DNA of 53,081 nt, the filler included, from Stramenopiles sp. TOSAG23-2 (Eukaryota): NCBI GenBank assembly GCA_900128395.1. It is 3 parts of 3 records of this genome, joined end to end, with 100 filler letters (N's around TTAATTAATTAA, not from the genome) between each part and the next. Parts side by side here need not be neighbours in the genome. Positions count along the whole stretch, not along the records: positions 1 to 17,652 come from LT649634.1; 2 more parts are not named here. One strand, given 5' to 3'. Each line of letters opens with the position of its first letter. Position 1 is the stretch's first letter. Below are positions 1 to 10,258 of this stretch, one piece after another. A model generated the notes under the pieces. The model searched no databases. It was not told where the DNA came from and was given only the letters and a program-made list of their open reading frames with translations. A program made the translations under genes and the position numbers.

Positions 1-449
1 ATGCGTTCTGCTTTACGGGTGTGGATAGTTTCCATCAAAACTTTTTTGGTCTTGAATCTGTTACCTTTTGCTTGCATGTATAGTTCGTGGTACAAATGTT
101 TATCAATTTTATTTGATTCACGGTATTTACGCAACATACGACGAAGTACACGTGTACGACGGATCCATAAGATTTTTTGTGGCATACGTGCTTCTGCAGT
201 ACCCTTTCTTTTACCGTAACCGGTGTGGCGACCCTTTCTTTTTGCGTCAAGGCGACGGTTTACGCGGGAGCGGGAATGGATCACATTTGGTTTACGAATA
301 ACCAAACCATCTTTAACTAATTTACGAATATTTTGACGTGAATTTGCTAAACTGATTTCTGAAGATTCATTTGGGTCTAACCAAATTTTTCTTTTACCAC
401 ATTTCAAGATAGATGCGGCTAATCTTTTTTGTAATTTCAATGATACCAT
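1..449 (-). CDS. RPL19: 60S ribosomal protein eL19, 3' end runs off the window (not in ORF track)
   Basis: Manual translation from ATG at 449: [28 protein letters not shown]...[14 protein letters not shown]...[60 protein letters not shown]. This is the canonical eL19 sequence. Confidence 0.98.
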   Translation of the reverse strand, partial: MVSLKLQKRLAASILKCGKRKIWLDPNESSEISLANSRQNIRKLVKDGLVIRKPNVIHSRSRVNRRLDAKRKGRHTGYGKRKGTAEARMPQKILWIRRTRVLRRMLRKYRESNKIDKHLYHELYMQAKGNRFKTKKVLMETIHTRKAER

Positions 450-611
450 GTTGTTATTGTTGTTTTATATATGTATTTATATACTTTGTTTTATTTATAT
501 TGATATTATGTTTCTCTCTCGAGCTCTACCTATCTATATTAGTGTACTGTATGTATAATAGACTATATATATATGTTACATTATCACCATCGTATTTATA
601 TCGTCTATAGC

Positions 612-776
612 ACTATACAGCTTTGATATTGAAATAGTGATGATCGATTCACTGGCGGGGAAGGCGTTTGGAATGCTACAGCCCTTCTATTACAAGTTAC
701 CTCGTAGTCGAATATACCTTTCAACTATAAAATTAGTCATTTGATAGAAGGACTACACGTGTCAATGCTGTATAGT
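612..776 (+). ncRNA. Candidate structured non-coding RNA (alternatively a MITE), family unknown
   Basis: 18-position closing stem 612-629/759-776 (one U-U, two G-U) plus internal stems UAGUGA/UCACUG, GCGUU/AAUGC and AGCCCUUCUAUU/GAUAGAAGGACU. It is GC-richer than its flanks and has no substantial ORF. Confidence 0.4.
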
Positions 777-917
777 CTTAATTTATATATTGCAAAAACT
801 ATCCCTACATTTCAAAGTATATCTTATTGTATATGTATATTATTTATATAATACAAACTCGGTAATTTTTATAATATATAATTTCATATAAATAGTAATA
901 TTAGTGATATCTAGTTG

Positions 918-953
918 AATGCACCTACATTTGCACCTAAATGCACCTACATT
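918..953. repeat. Short direct repeat TGCACCTA x3 in the RPL19/COX6A divergent intergenic region
   Basis: aatgcacctacatt tgcacctaa atgcacctacatt. Confidence 0.8.
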
Positions 954-1333
954 GATTTCCATTTATTTTTTCTGGAAATGTCTTATCCCTATATGATTTT
1001 GATATTCTAAAACTGATAGGAGATGTTTTACTACTTTTTACACTATTCTAACTATAAAATTTAAAAAAGCGTTTGTTTTGGTTGTTGTTTCGCTTGTACT
1101 CCAAGTATACAGTAGTAGTATACTAAATGTTATACTGTGTAAACCAGTAGTAAATAGGAGCGAGGATAAAAATAAAAACTATGTTTATATAAAGGTGTAT
1201 ATATCATGATAGATAAATTAAATAATGATGCAACAACGAATCATACATACATTACATTTGAAACTGTCGCTAATATATTTCAAAAGGTAATCAAAAGAAC
1301 AACAAACAATTTTTAAGATACAAGAATATCAAG

Positions 1334-1791
1334 ATGGTATGTAATTTATCTACTAAATATTCATATTTATTTATATATATATATAATATAACACGTTTTT
1401 TTTTAATATAATTACTAACAAATTTTACTAAACTTTCTTTTTATTTTAAATATATTTATATATATAACAGTTTCGTCAAGCTTTAAATAAAATTGGACGT
1501 CCAGCAATGAGACGTGCACAACAAGTACGTAGGTTTGGTGGTCATTCCGCAGAGGATGCCATTAAAGATATGACTATGGCTAGAAAAGCATGTTATGGTG
1601 GTGCTGCAGTATGTGGTGCGTTATGTTTAATTAATGTTGCTATTCACTTGAGCCACGAACATGGTCATGAACCACCTGCATATTCTTACAGAAGAATCCG
1701 TAATAAACCTATGCCATGGACAGAAGAAGACTGCGATTTATTTGATCTTGATTGCAAGGCTAAATTCCGTGCTGCAAAAGCTGCAAAATAG
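1334..1791 (+). CDS. COX6A: Cytochrome c oxidase subunit 6A; exons 1334-1336 (ATG only) and 1471-1791
   Basis: ATG|GTATGT donor, TACTAAC branch point at 1413-1419, and ACAG acceptor ending at 1470. The spliced product MFRQALNKIGRPAMRR... has an Arg-rich presequence, one TM helix and HEPPAYSYRRIRNKPMPW, matching the COX6A Y.Y..IRNK.FPW motif. Confidence 0.88.
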
Positions 1792-2415
1792 GTATGAACA
1801 TAGCAAAGTAGTTATTTTTTTTTATGATCATATATGTCAACACAGTTTTATAATATTTGATAATATGATACTATACTGATATGAAAAAGGGACTCTCCGT
1901 TGCTTCTCCATCTGAAAAAGATTTTGGGATGGTGTATTATGTTTCAAGAGAGGGGCGTATGTATCCAATATAAAAGATTTTTTTTTAATTTGTAAAATTA
2001 AGTATATATATGTGATGTGTTTAATTGAATTTAGATCTAAAAATATATACACACGTAGAATTCACAGTATGTACATGCGTACAAAAAGAATTTTTTTGTG
2101 TAACAGGATATATTCGTAATTTTTTCTACTGGATTTTTTTTTTCATTTTTTAATTTTTTAATGCAAATACACACGCCACATCTTATACAAACACGAATAT
2201 AATATCACATTTTTTGTATCATGGTCATCATCAGATATCTATATAATTGCAACCCGCACACACAACAATCAAAATTGATATTTCAATATAATATATCCAT
2301 TTATGATGCTTGTATCGATCATTCCATTATTATGTGCATATGATGACGTGTATAGTGTGGCATTTATTAACAAATCTTTTTATCTTTTTTTAAATGTGTG
2401 TGTATTTAAAAACAC

Positions 2416-2786
2416 TTATTCCATGCCTGGATTGCCAGTTTGTGCAGTACGAATAATCTGTAAAACAGCAGAGCCAACAACTACAAAGAGGAAAAAACCT
2501 AAAAGAATTGGGCCAACCTTATTACCTTCGTCACGTTTCTATACATTATAAAGGAGAGACATGTGTTAGTATAAATGACGCAAATATTAGATCCGGATCG
2601 AGATAGGATTATCATATCTATTTCCATATATATAGATAGATAGATATATTGGGAGAAATGTAATATAATTAAACTTGTACTTACAACTGATGTTAACGTA
2701 ACATTACCACGATTATGAATATTTTTGTGATATTTATTGGATCTTAATCGTTGATTTCTTGGTGTCTTGCTTGGTCCGCCTGCCAT
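2416..2786 (-). CDS. SERP1: RAMP4/SERP1 stress-associated ER protein; exons 2786-2685 and 2538-2416
   Basis: GTAAGT donor at 2684 and TAG acceptor at 2539, phase 0. The 74-aa product ...KYHKNIHNRGNV...KVGPILLGFFLFVVVGSAVLQIIR matches the RAMP4 family pattern. Confidence 0.92.
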
Positions 2787-3493
2787 TGTTTTATAATTTG
2801 TTTACTATTAAAAGGGTTTCTGATTGTTGTTGTTATATGCTATGTTGTTGTTGTTATGTTCTTTCATTTATTTTCCACTTCTTCATATCTTCTTCCCCTA
2901 CTATATATTTTTATAAATGCTTTTGTATAAGTTAAAAAGGTGGTGCAAAGAAGAAGAAGTTGCAAAAACGCGAAAGGAGAGGTTCAGAGGTTGTGATGTG
3001 ATGAGGGCTACGAAACAGGACATTTAAGGATTCTGGCAAAACATCCTTAGCACTACTTTACAGTATAGCAGCATAGCAGCACCAAGAACCATTTCATACT
3101 CTGTATATCGATATTCCTCTCTGGTATTAGCTTAGCTATAATACTGTAAGATGAGGACAGCTGGACAGCATGGATAGATCAATACAGGCCCTCATCAACC
3201 ATTTATAATATATATACATGCTACAGTACATAAATCTCGTCTATTATACCTATTAGGTACATCCCAAAACCCCAAATATTTTTTTTGAAAATTAAAAAAA
3301 AAACACAATAAAAATTGAATTAATCGATGTCTTGTTCAATATATATTTAAAATAATATGTTCTTAGTTAGTAATATTGTTCTATCATCGATACAAAGATA
3401 TATCGATACAGACAAACAGACATATATTTATATATAAATAACTATATATATATATATATATACGATAGGGAAGAAAAGAAAGTGAACATAATT

Positions 3494-4828
3494 ATGACGG
3501 ATACGACGGATACAACAAATACGGCGGATGTTGGTTTAGAAGCGGATGATATATGGGGTGACGTTGATTTTGGTATTGATTTTGACTCTATGTCTACGGA
3601 TGAAATAAGACAACGACGTGTTATGATTGAAAACGAAATTAAAATTTTTAAAAGTGAACATAGGCGTATATCTCATGAAGCGAAAGTACAAGCAGATAAA
3701 GTAAAAGAAAATAAAGAGAAAATTAAATTGAATAAACAATTGCCATATTTAGTTGGTAATGTTGTAGAAGTGTTAGAACTTCCAAAAGAAAAGGCAGAGG
3801 AAGCAGGTGCTGCTAAAGATGCAGAAGCAGAGTTGGAAAACAAAAGTGTAGTAGTCAAAACAAGTACGAGACAAACTATATATTTACCAATTCCAGGTTT
3901 AATAGACCCGGATGAGCTGAAACCAGGTGAATTAGTTGGAACAAATAAGGACAGTTATTTAATTTTGGAAAAGTTACCAGTGGAATACGATAGCCGTGTA
4001 AAAGCAATGGAAGTAGATGAGAAACCAACGGAGGATTATAGTGATATTGGTGGCTTAGACAAACAAATTCAAGAATTGGTAGAAGCAGTTGTATTGCCAA
4101 TGACACAAGCAGATAAATTCAAAGCCATCGGTATCCAACCCCCAAAAGGCATTCTGTTGCATGGGCCGCCAGGTACTGGTAAAACGTTGATGGCACGTGC
4201 ATGTGCAAAACAAACAGATGCTGTTTTTCTTAAATTAGCTGGACCACAATTAGTACAAATGTTTATTGGTGATGGTGCCAAATTAGTACGCGATGCGTTT
4301 GAATTAGCAAAGGAAAAATCAAAAGATCGTGGTGGTGCAATTATATTTATTGATGAAATCGATGCTATAGGTACAAAGCGGTCTGGTGGCGATAAAAGTG
4401 GGGGAATGGAAGTGCAACGCACGATGCTTGAGCTTTTGAATCAATTGGATGGTTTTGATAGTAATACTACTATTAAAGTCATTGCCGCTACAAATCGACC
4501 AGATACGTTGGACCCTGCACTTTTGCGAAGTGGGCGTCTAGATCGTAAAATTGAACTGCCACACCCTGCAGAAGATGCACGTGCAGGTATATTGCAAATC
4601 CATTCGCGTTCAATGCAGGTTTGTAAAGATGGAAATCAAGCAGTGAATTTCGATGAGATTGCACGTTGTACTGATGATTTTAATGGTGCTATGTTAAAAG
4701 CAGTTTGTGTCGAAGCTGGAATGATTGCATTAAGACGTGGTGCTACAGAATTGCAACATGAAGATTTTATGGAAGGTGTTTCTGTTGTACAAGCTAAGAA
4801 AAAACAAACCCTTCAATACTATGCTTAA
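3494..4828 (+). CDS. RPT5: 26S proteasome AAA-ATPase subunit RPT5 (6A/PSMC3)
   Basis: [40 protein letters not shown], Walker [26 protein letters not shown] and C-terminal HbYX (YYA). First ATG is at 3494. Confidence 0.97.
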   Translation: MTDTTDTTNTADVGLEADDIWGDVDFGIDFDSMSTDEIRQRRVMIENEIKIFKSEHRRISHEAKVQADKVKENKEKIKLNKQLPYLVGNVVEVLELPKEKAEEAGAAKDAEAELENKSVVVKTSTRQTIYLPIPGLIDPDELKPGELVGTNKDSYLILEKLPVEYDSRVKAMEVDEKPTEDYSDIGGLDKQIQELVEAVVLPMTQADKFKAIGIQPPKGILLHGPPGTGKTLMARACAKQTDAVFLKLAGPQLVQMFIGDGAKLVRDAFELAKEKSKDRGGAIIFIDEIDAIGTKRSGGDKSGGMEVQRTMLELLNQLDGFDSNTTIKVIAATNRPDTLDPALLRSGRLDRKIELPHPAEDARAGILQIHSRSMQVCKDGNQAVNFDEIARCTDDFNGAMLKAVCVEAGMIALRRGATELQHEDFMEGVSVVQAKKKQTLQYYA

Positions 4829-5471
4829 AGAAAGAGTTATTGGAAAGACAGATGTAATCAGTATATGTGGGGTATATATATTATATAAATATTAAAAATA
4901 TATAATACCAAAAAAAGATATAATAAGAAATATTGCATTTTTCGATGACGATCTTGTAATAAGAGTGTGTGAGAGTAGGAAATATTAAAAAAAAATATGT
5001 TTTTTTTAATCAAAATATTATATACGAACTATAAAATATTTAAACGCGTACACACACGAAGTTTTAATTTTTGCTCAAAAGATATGATACATGATAAAAA
5101 TACCTTTTATTTTATTTAAACCATTACTCTCTTTAAACTCGTACGTATGAGAGATATATATACTCGTACTCGTCGTACATCCTTCCAGTTCATTGAGATA
5201 GAGATATCATATGATATTTATCGTTTAAATTAGCTGAAAGTTACTGTCTATTCTTTTGGAGTATCATAGGAAATTATCATCTTGTCATGTGGAAGTAAAA
5301 TTTTTTATATATCATATGAATACGTAAAATAAATTTTGATATTATATATAATATACATCATGTATGCATATATCTCTCATTAAATACATAATCATATTAT
5401 CATACTCGTATGTATGATACGACTTATTTTACATTTTACACGCACACAGATATTTTACACACGAATATTTA

Positions 5472-8400
5472 TCAAACATCATATGTACCGCAATCCTCTG
5501 GACGATAAAACTTTGTTAAAATTTGCAATGGTTTAATAACCTTGCCACCAGCGGATGATCCCATTTTAATAGTATATTTTTTCTTTGGTTTTAAAGCCTT
5601 TCTGCGTTTCGCTGCCCGCTTGTGATCGCACATTATACATGACAATTTACCTTCAAATGCTTTTGCAATCATATCTTCAATCTCATCATAATCTAATTGT
5701 GTTAGTTTTACCGTTGTAAACTTTGTAATTGATAAATATTTTTCACACATGAAACACCTTAGACTTTGATCATTGATTTGTGATAACGATGGTCTTCGTT
5801 TGTATAGTTTCTCCAAGCCGTAACCAACTACTTCTAATGAAGTTTTACCTTTTAGTCGTGCAAGCTCATCATATAGCACTGCTTGAACCACTTCTTCTGC
5901 AATTTCACAGGCTGTTACATTTAAATAACAAAGCTTATCTAATGCCAATATTTTTGGGAAATATCGTCCTAGCATTGTACCCGCTAATTTAACTTTTGGG
6001 TTTCCACTAATATTCAAACGTTTCAAATGTTTTGCTGATGGCAAAACAGAAAATATTTGTTTTGCACCCCTTGTCCCCATATCCGTTTCGCTTAAATCTA
6101 ATGAATTAATTCTACAGGTAGTGATCATTTTTGCAAATATAAAGACACCATCATCCCCTAACTTCTCGTGTCTTAACGACAAATGCTCCAGGGCATTGCG
6201 TCCGCCTAATGTTTGGGCTAAAAATGGAAGCGTGCCAAATGGTGACATGTCATTTCCACCACATGATAATGATGTTAACGTCCCATTAGATTTCAATGCT
6301 TCTACAATAAATGCCATGTTTTGATCTCCAATATTGTTGCACGATATATCTAACGCAGTTAAATTGCCAGTTTCGCCATTGTCAAAGATTAATTCAGCAA
6401 TTGCTAGAGCAGCAGTTTCTTTTTCCTCTTTTGTCAATGCTCTGATTTTCTTTCCATTACTACCTACTGCCATCTTCGCACCCCATTCATCTTCCCCTTC
6501 GCTATCGCTTAAAAAGGCGGCATCACCTTCTTCATCCTCTTCATCATTTGATTCGTCGCCAAGTAATTGACGTCTTACCTTAATATGATAAAATGGTTTT
6601 TCTTTCTTCTTTTTTTTATTATTATTTACTTCATCATTTTCATCGTCCGATGACCAGTATCCCTCATCCTTCGTCGGCCTATCCCATCTACTTTCACTAG
6701 TTTCTCTGTTTGCATAATAATATTGGTTCGAATCTTCATCAAATACTTTTTCCCAGCTTTTATATCGTTTAGGGGCTATCATTTCTTCTACATCTGATTC
6801 ACTGCTAGAATCAGACGTATCGCTATCATTGTCCTTCAACAATTTTGTCTTTTCATCATCATTGTCATCATCATCCTCATCATCATCATTTTTCGTTAAA
6901 TAAAAGCAATTTGATACATTTAAAGATATGAGCGAACACTTAAAACGAATTTCGTGAAAAAATGTTTTGAACATTTCATTATCACCAATTGGATTATTAG
7001 ATATATCTAAATGAGTCAAAACACGGTTGTTATGAAGTGCTTGGCACAATTTCTCTGCACCATATGATTTGATTGAATTACTTTTAGCAGTTATGGAAAC
7101 GAATTTCTGTTGGTATACTAATTCGTCGCTACAACTATATCCCATCTTTTTCCTAATTAAATCTGCCAATGCTTTTCCACCTTCGTCGCCAATGGCATGA
7201 TTGCTGATATCTAAAGCGGTCAAGCCTTTATTGGCATCTATTGCTGAACTAATTTTTTTCATGCGCTTCCCATTTATTTTTATTGCATCATTTCCATCCA
7301 AATCCGTCGAATGTCTCAAATCTAATAATTGCAACCCATGATTTTTTCGTAAACTTTTACATAATAAATCAATAAAAGGGTCTGTAACATGTACATTGCA
7401 TATTCGCATAGTATCCAATCTCGCTGGTATTGGGTATGTAAATTTAGCGCATTGTTTAATTAAGTTTAATCCCACAAAAGCCCCAGGAATCCCAGATGCC
7501 ATTGGTATCGTAATTTTCCTTACATTGTTCCGAAGCGCTTCTTGAATTTGTATCTTACCAAATGTTTTTAATGTTTTCGTAGTAGTCAAAGCTTCGCCAA
7601 GTTCTAAACCAGCCTCATCATTACAAAATGTGGTGTCCATCGTTAGATGCCACATATGAGAATTGAAAAATAACGATTTTGAGATTGCAATGATACCAGT
7701 ATAATCAACATTATGAGTATCCATGTTACGAGTTAAATACCCTTCTGATATATCAAGTTCAGTTAAATTGCAATTTTGCTTAAGCGCTACAGCAACTGCA
7801 CGTGCGCCTTCGCAATGTATACGATTTCCACGCAAATTCAATGCACGCAAACGACAATGTCTATCCCCAATAGCAGCAAAGAATCTTTCAAATCCCACAT
7901 ATTGATCGGCACCAGGGCCTGTTAACATATTATAGGATAGATCCATTTGTAAAATTCCAGTTTGTCGTAATGTCAATATGTGTGCAATTGCATTTGCATC
8001 ATTATGATCTAAACCACACGCTGACAATGAAACAATTTTTAATAATGAAAAATCACCAAACTTTGTATACAGACGTAATTTCCCTTGATGCGCTTCCTCT
8101 ACTTCATCATGTTTTCCAGCCCATAGATCATAATCACCAACCGTTGCACTTTCAATTTGTCTTAAAATCGGAGTGCGTGGTGGTGGTGTGCCTCGGTAAC
8201 GGCTGTGTTTCCTACTACGTCTACTATCTCCACGGCTATATGTTGATGAGCGACTACGTAAATTTCTACTGCTGCTTCTACTACTACTCCCTTCCCTGCT
8301 AAATGGTCTTATTATCATATCAGACGGTGTACTTGGTGTACGGCCACGACTTCTACTAGGTCGAGGTCGACTACGTAATTGATCTCTATTTCTTTGCCTG

Positions 8401-9500
8401 CTTCTAAGTTTCCTAGATGGACTACCTCCACGACTTCTTTGCCTACTTCGTTGCCTACTACCTTGCCTGCTTCTCAAAAATCTTGATGGACTACCTTCTC
8501 TACTACCCTGCCTACTTCTCAAAAGTCTTGATGGACTACCTTCTCTACTACCCTGCCTACTTCTCAAAAGTCTTGATGGACTACCTTCTCTACTACTGAA
8601 GGTTTGTTGCTCTTGACGTTGATTTTTTATTTCTTCTAATTGTTTTTTTCGCCTTGCCTTTGTATCAGGTGTGGGGGGTACGGGCGGGGTGAATGTTACA
8701 CGTTCCCTGCTAGCAGTTCCTACTCTTGAATATGTACTACTTTTTGAATTCGGCCGTGTTTCTTGTTCTCCAAAACCAGTCCACCACAAGGGAATATTAC
8801 TATCTTTTTGGTTTTCACTCCTTTTATTATTATTTTTATTTTTTTTCACACGTAAATTTTGAGAGGATTTACCACGTTGCAATCGATCATATGCTGGAGT
8901 ACGCCTTGCCTCTTTACTTTCTGAATCTAAATGTAACTTAGTTCGTTTCTTTTTTTTCAACCATCTTTCCATTAAAATTAATCTAGGGAAAAAATGTATG
9001 CCATCACATGTGTAAATGCCATTATCTGGATTTCTTAAATGCGCGTCTTCATCATCTTCATCTTGCTCAAAAAAAGGTCCTTTATGTTTAGTTCTATCAA
9101 AAAATAATCCATCAAATCCACCAGGTGAAGGTGCTTGCGATTTCTGTTTTCTGCCATCATCGGGGCTATCGTCATCGTTAGATTTACCTATTTTTTTAGG
9201 TGGTCCTCCTAATTCCTCTGGGACTGTAACACCTGAAAGTTTGAGATTACGTAACATTTTTTCCAAAGTTGCATCTTCAGAAAATTTTAATCTATAATAT
9301 TGCCATGCAAACTCGCGTAACTTGTTAGTTTTTTCAATTATTTTTTGTTGTCTAACTAATTCTTCATGCCCTTTTTTAACAGAAACCAAAGTTGGAAAAA
9401 ATTGTTCATTATCTACAGTATATTTACGGGGCAATATATTATTAAGAGTCGGGGACGATTTTGATAATGTTATTTTCTTGTTTTTTCGCTTTGTTGACAT
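5472..9500 (-). CDS. RI-type leucine-rich-repeat protein with an Arg/Ser-rich repeat region and an inserted WW domain
   Basis: Repeated LxxLDISxNxIGDxG motifs; WEKVFDEDSNQYYYANRETSESRWDRP (WW); SREGSPSRLLRSRQG repeats. Confidence 0.85.
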   Translation of the reverse strand: MSTKRKNKKITLSKSSPTLNNILPRKYTVDNEQFFPTLVSVKKGHEELVRQQKIIEKTNKLREFAWQYYRLKFSEDATLEKMLRNLKLSGVTVPEELGGPPKKIGKSNDDDSPDDGRKQKSQAPSPGGFDGLFFDRTKHKGPFFEQDEDDEDAHLRNPDNGIYTCDGIHFFPRLILMERWLKKKKRTKLHLDSESKEARRTPAYDRLQRGKSSQNLRVKKNKNNNKRSENQKDSNIPLWWTGFGEQETRPNSKSSTYSRVGTASRERVTFTPPVPPTPDTKARRKKQLEEIKNQRQEQQTFSSREGSPSRLLRSRQGSREGSPSRLLRSRQGSREGSPSRFLRSRQGSRQRSRQRSRGGSPSRKLRSRQRNRDQLRSRPRPSRSRGRTPSTPSDMIIRPFSREGSSSRSSSRNLRSRSSTYSRGDSRRSRKHSRYRGTPPPRTPILRQIESATVGDYDLWAGKHDEVEEAHQGKLRLYTKFGDFSLLKIVSLSACGLDHNDANAIAHILTLRQTGILQMDLSYNMLTGPGADQYVGFERFFAAIGDRHCRLRALNLRGNRIHCEGARAVAVALKQNCNLTELDISEGYLTRNMDTHNVDYTGIIAISKSLFFNSHMWHLTMDTTFCNDEAGLELGEALTTTKTLKTFGKIQIQEALRNNVRKITIPMASGIPGAFVGLNLIKQCAKFTYPIPARLDTMRICNVHVTDPFIDLLCKSLRKNHGLQLLDLRHSTDLDGNDAIKINGKRMKKISSAIDANKGLTALDISNHAIGDEGGKALADLIRKKMGYSCSDELVYQQKFVSITAKSNSIKSYGAEKLCQALHNNRVLTHLDISNNPIGDNEMFKTFFHEIRFKCSLISLNVSNCFYLTKNDDDEDDDDNDDEKTKLLKDNDSDTSDSSSESDVEEMIAPKRYKSWEKVFDEDSNQYYYANRETSESRWDRPTKDEGYWSSDDENDEVNNNKKKKKEKPFYHIKVRRQLLGDESNDEEDEEGDAAFLSDSEGEDEWGAKMAVGSNGKKIRALTKEEKETAALAIAELIFDNGETGNLTALDISCNNIGDQNMAFIVEALKSNGTLTSLSCGGNDMSPFGTLPFLAQTLGGRNALEHLSLRHEKLGDDGVFIFAKMITTCRINSLDLSETDMGTRGAKQIFSVLPSAKHLKRLNISGNPKVKLAGTMLGRYFPKILALDKLCYLNVTACEIAEEVVQAVLYDELARLKGKTSLEVVGYGLEKLYKRRPSLSQINDQSLRCFMCEKYLSITKFTTVKLTQLDYDEIEDMIAKAFEGKLSCIMCDHKRAAKRRKALKPKKKYTIKMGSSAGGKVIKPLQILTKFYRPEDCGTYDV
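8461..8595. repeat. 45-bp coding tandem repeat x3 (15-aa SREGSPSRLLRSRQG)
   Basis: Units at 8461, 8506 and 8551; the last two are identical. A degenerate copy lies near 8392-8436. Confidence 0.95.
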
Positions 9501-10192
9501 GTTTTTATGCTTTATTATTATTTACAGTGCGTATTTATTTACAAAATGTTGTGATTTAGAAATGGTTTACAAACGTTTATTTATATAATTACAATTAGAT
9601 GGACTTACTTTTTCATATACATATGTATTATAATTTATTACTATTGATGAGAGAAACAAAGAATGATATCAACAGGTCATCAATAATTTGATGTCGTTTC
9701 CAATTGGATTACATATAGTATGTAATGTATCTATACAAATTGTATTTGGAAGAAAAAAGATTTATATGAAATATAAGAAGAGTGAAGAGCAATTTTTTAT
9801 AACCGATCGATTATTGTTTGAGAAGAAGAAAGTTAACCAGGCGTGCAGCAGGCTAGCATATAAATAACATTAGGTATTATTATTTATTAGCTAAGTACAT
9901 AGTACCCAGGTACTCAGGGGCTTAGCGGGCAAATCTTAATCTACATTCTTTGATTCATATATTAAGGGCGCATGTATAGTTTAAGGGATTTTAAATTCTC
10001 GCGCGATACATTTTAATTTGTCTGTTACATATACAGGTACTCTGGCATACAGCCGCGTGATTTAAATTAATATTATAATTGTAAAAATAATAATATAGAT
10101 TAGTGCATTATCAAATGGAAACAGTAAATGTTGAAGAGAATCATATATGTAAAAAGAAATTATTAGAACATCAAGTGACAAATATATAATAA

Positions 10193-10228
10193 ATAGACTT
10201 ATATATAGACTTATATATAGACTTATAC
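10193..10228. repeat. 12-bp tandem repeat ATAGACTTATAT x3 just upstream of the start codon at 10259
   Basis: atagacttatat atagacttatat atagacttatac. Confidence 0.85.
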
Positions 10229-10258
10229 ATATATATATATATATATAATTACTGAACC

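Noticed and set aside
1..301. ORF-track calls 1..219, 35..250 and 68..301
   Set aside because: These are shadow frames of RPL19 on the - strand.
650..666. CACTGGCGGGGAAGGC resembles part of the cobalamin riboswitch consensus
   Set aside because: The remaining conserved riboswitch elements are absent and the context (eukaryotic RPL19/COX6A) does not fit.
2499..2684. C-terminal part of ORF 2499..2786 and ORF 2303..2551
   Set aside because: Read-through into the RAMP4 intron, and antisense of exon 2.
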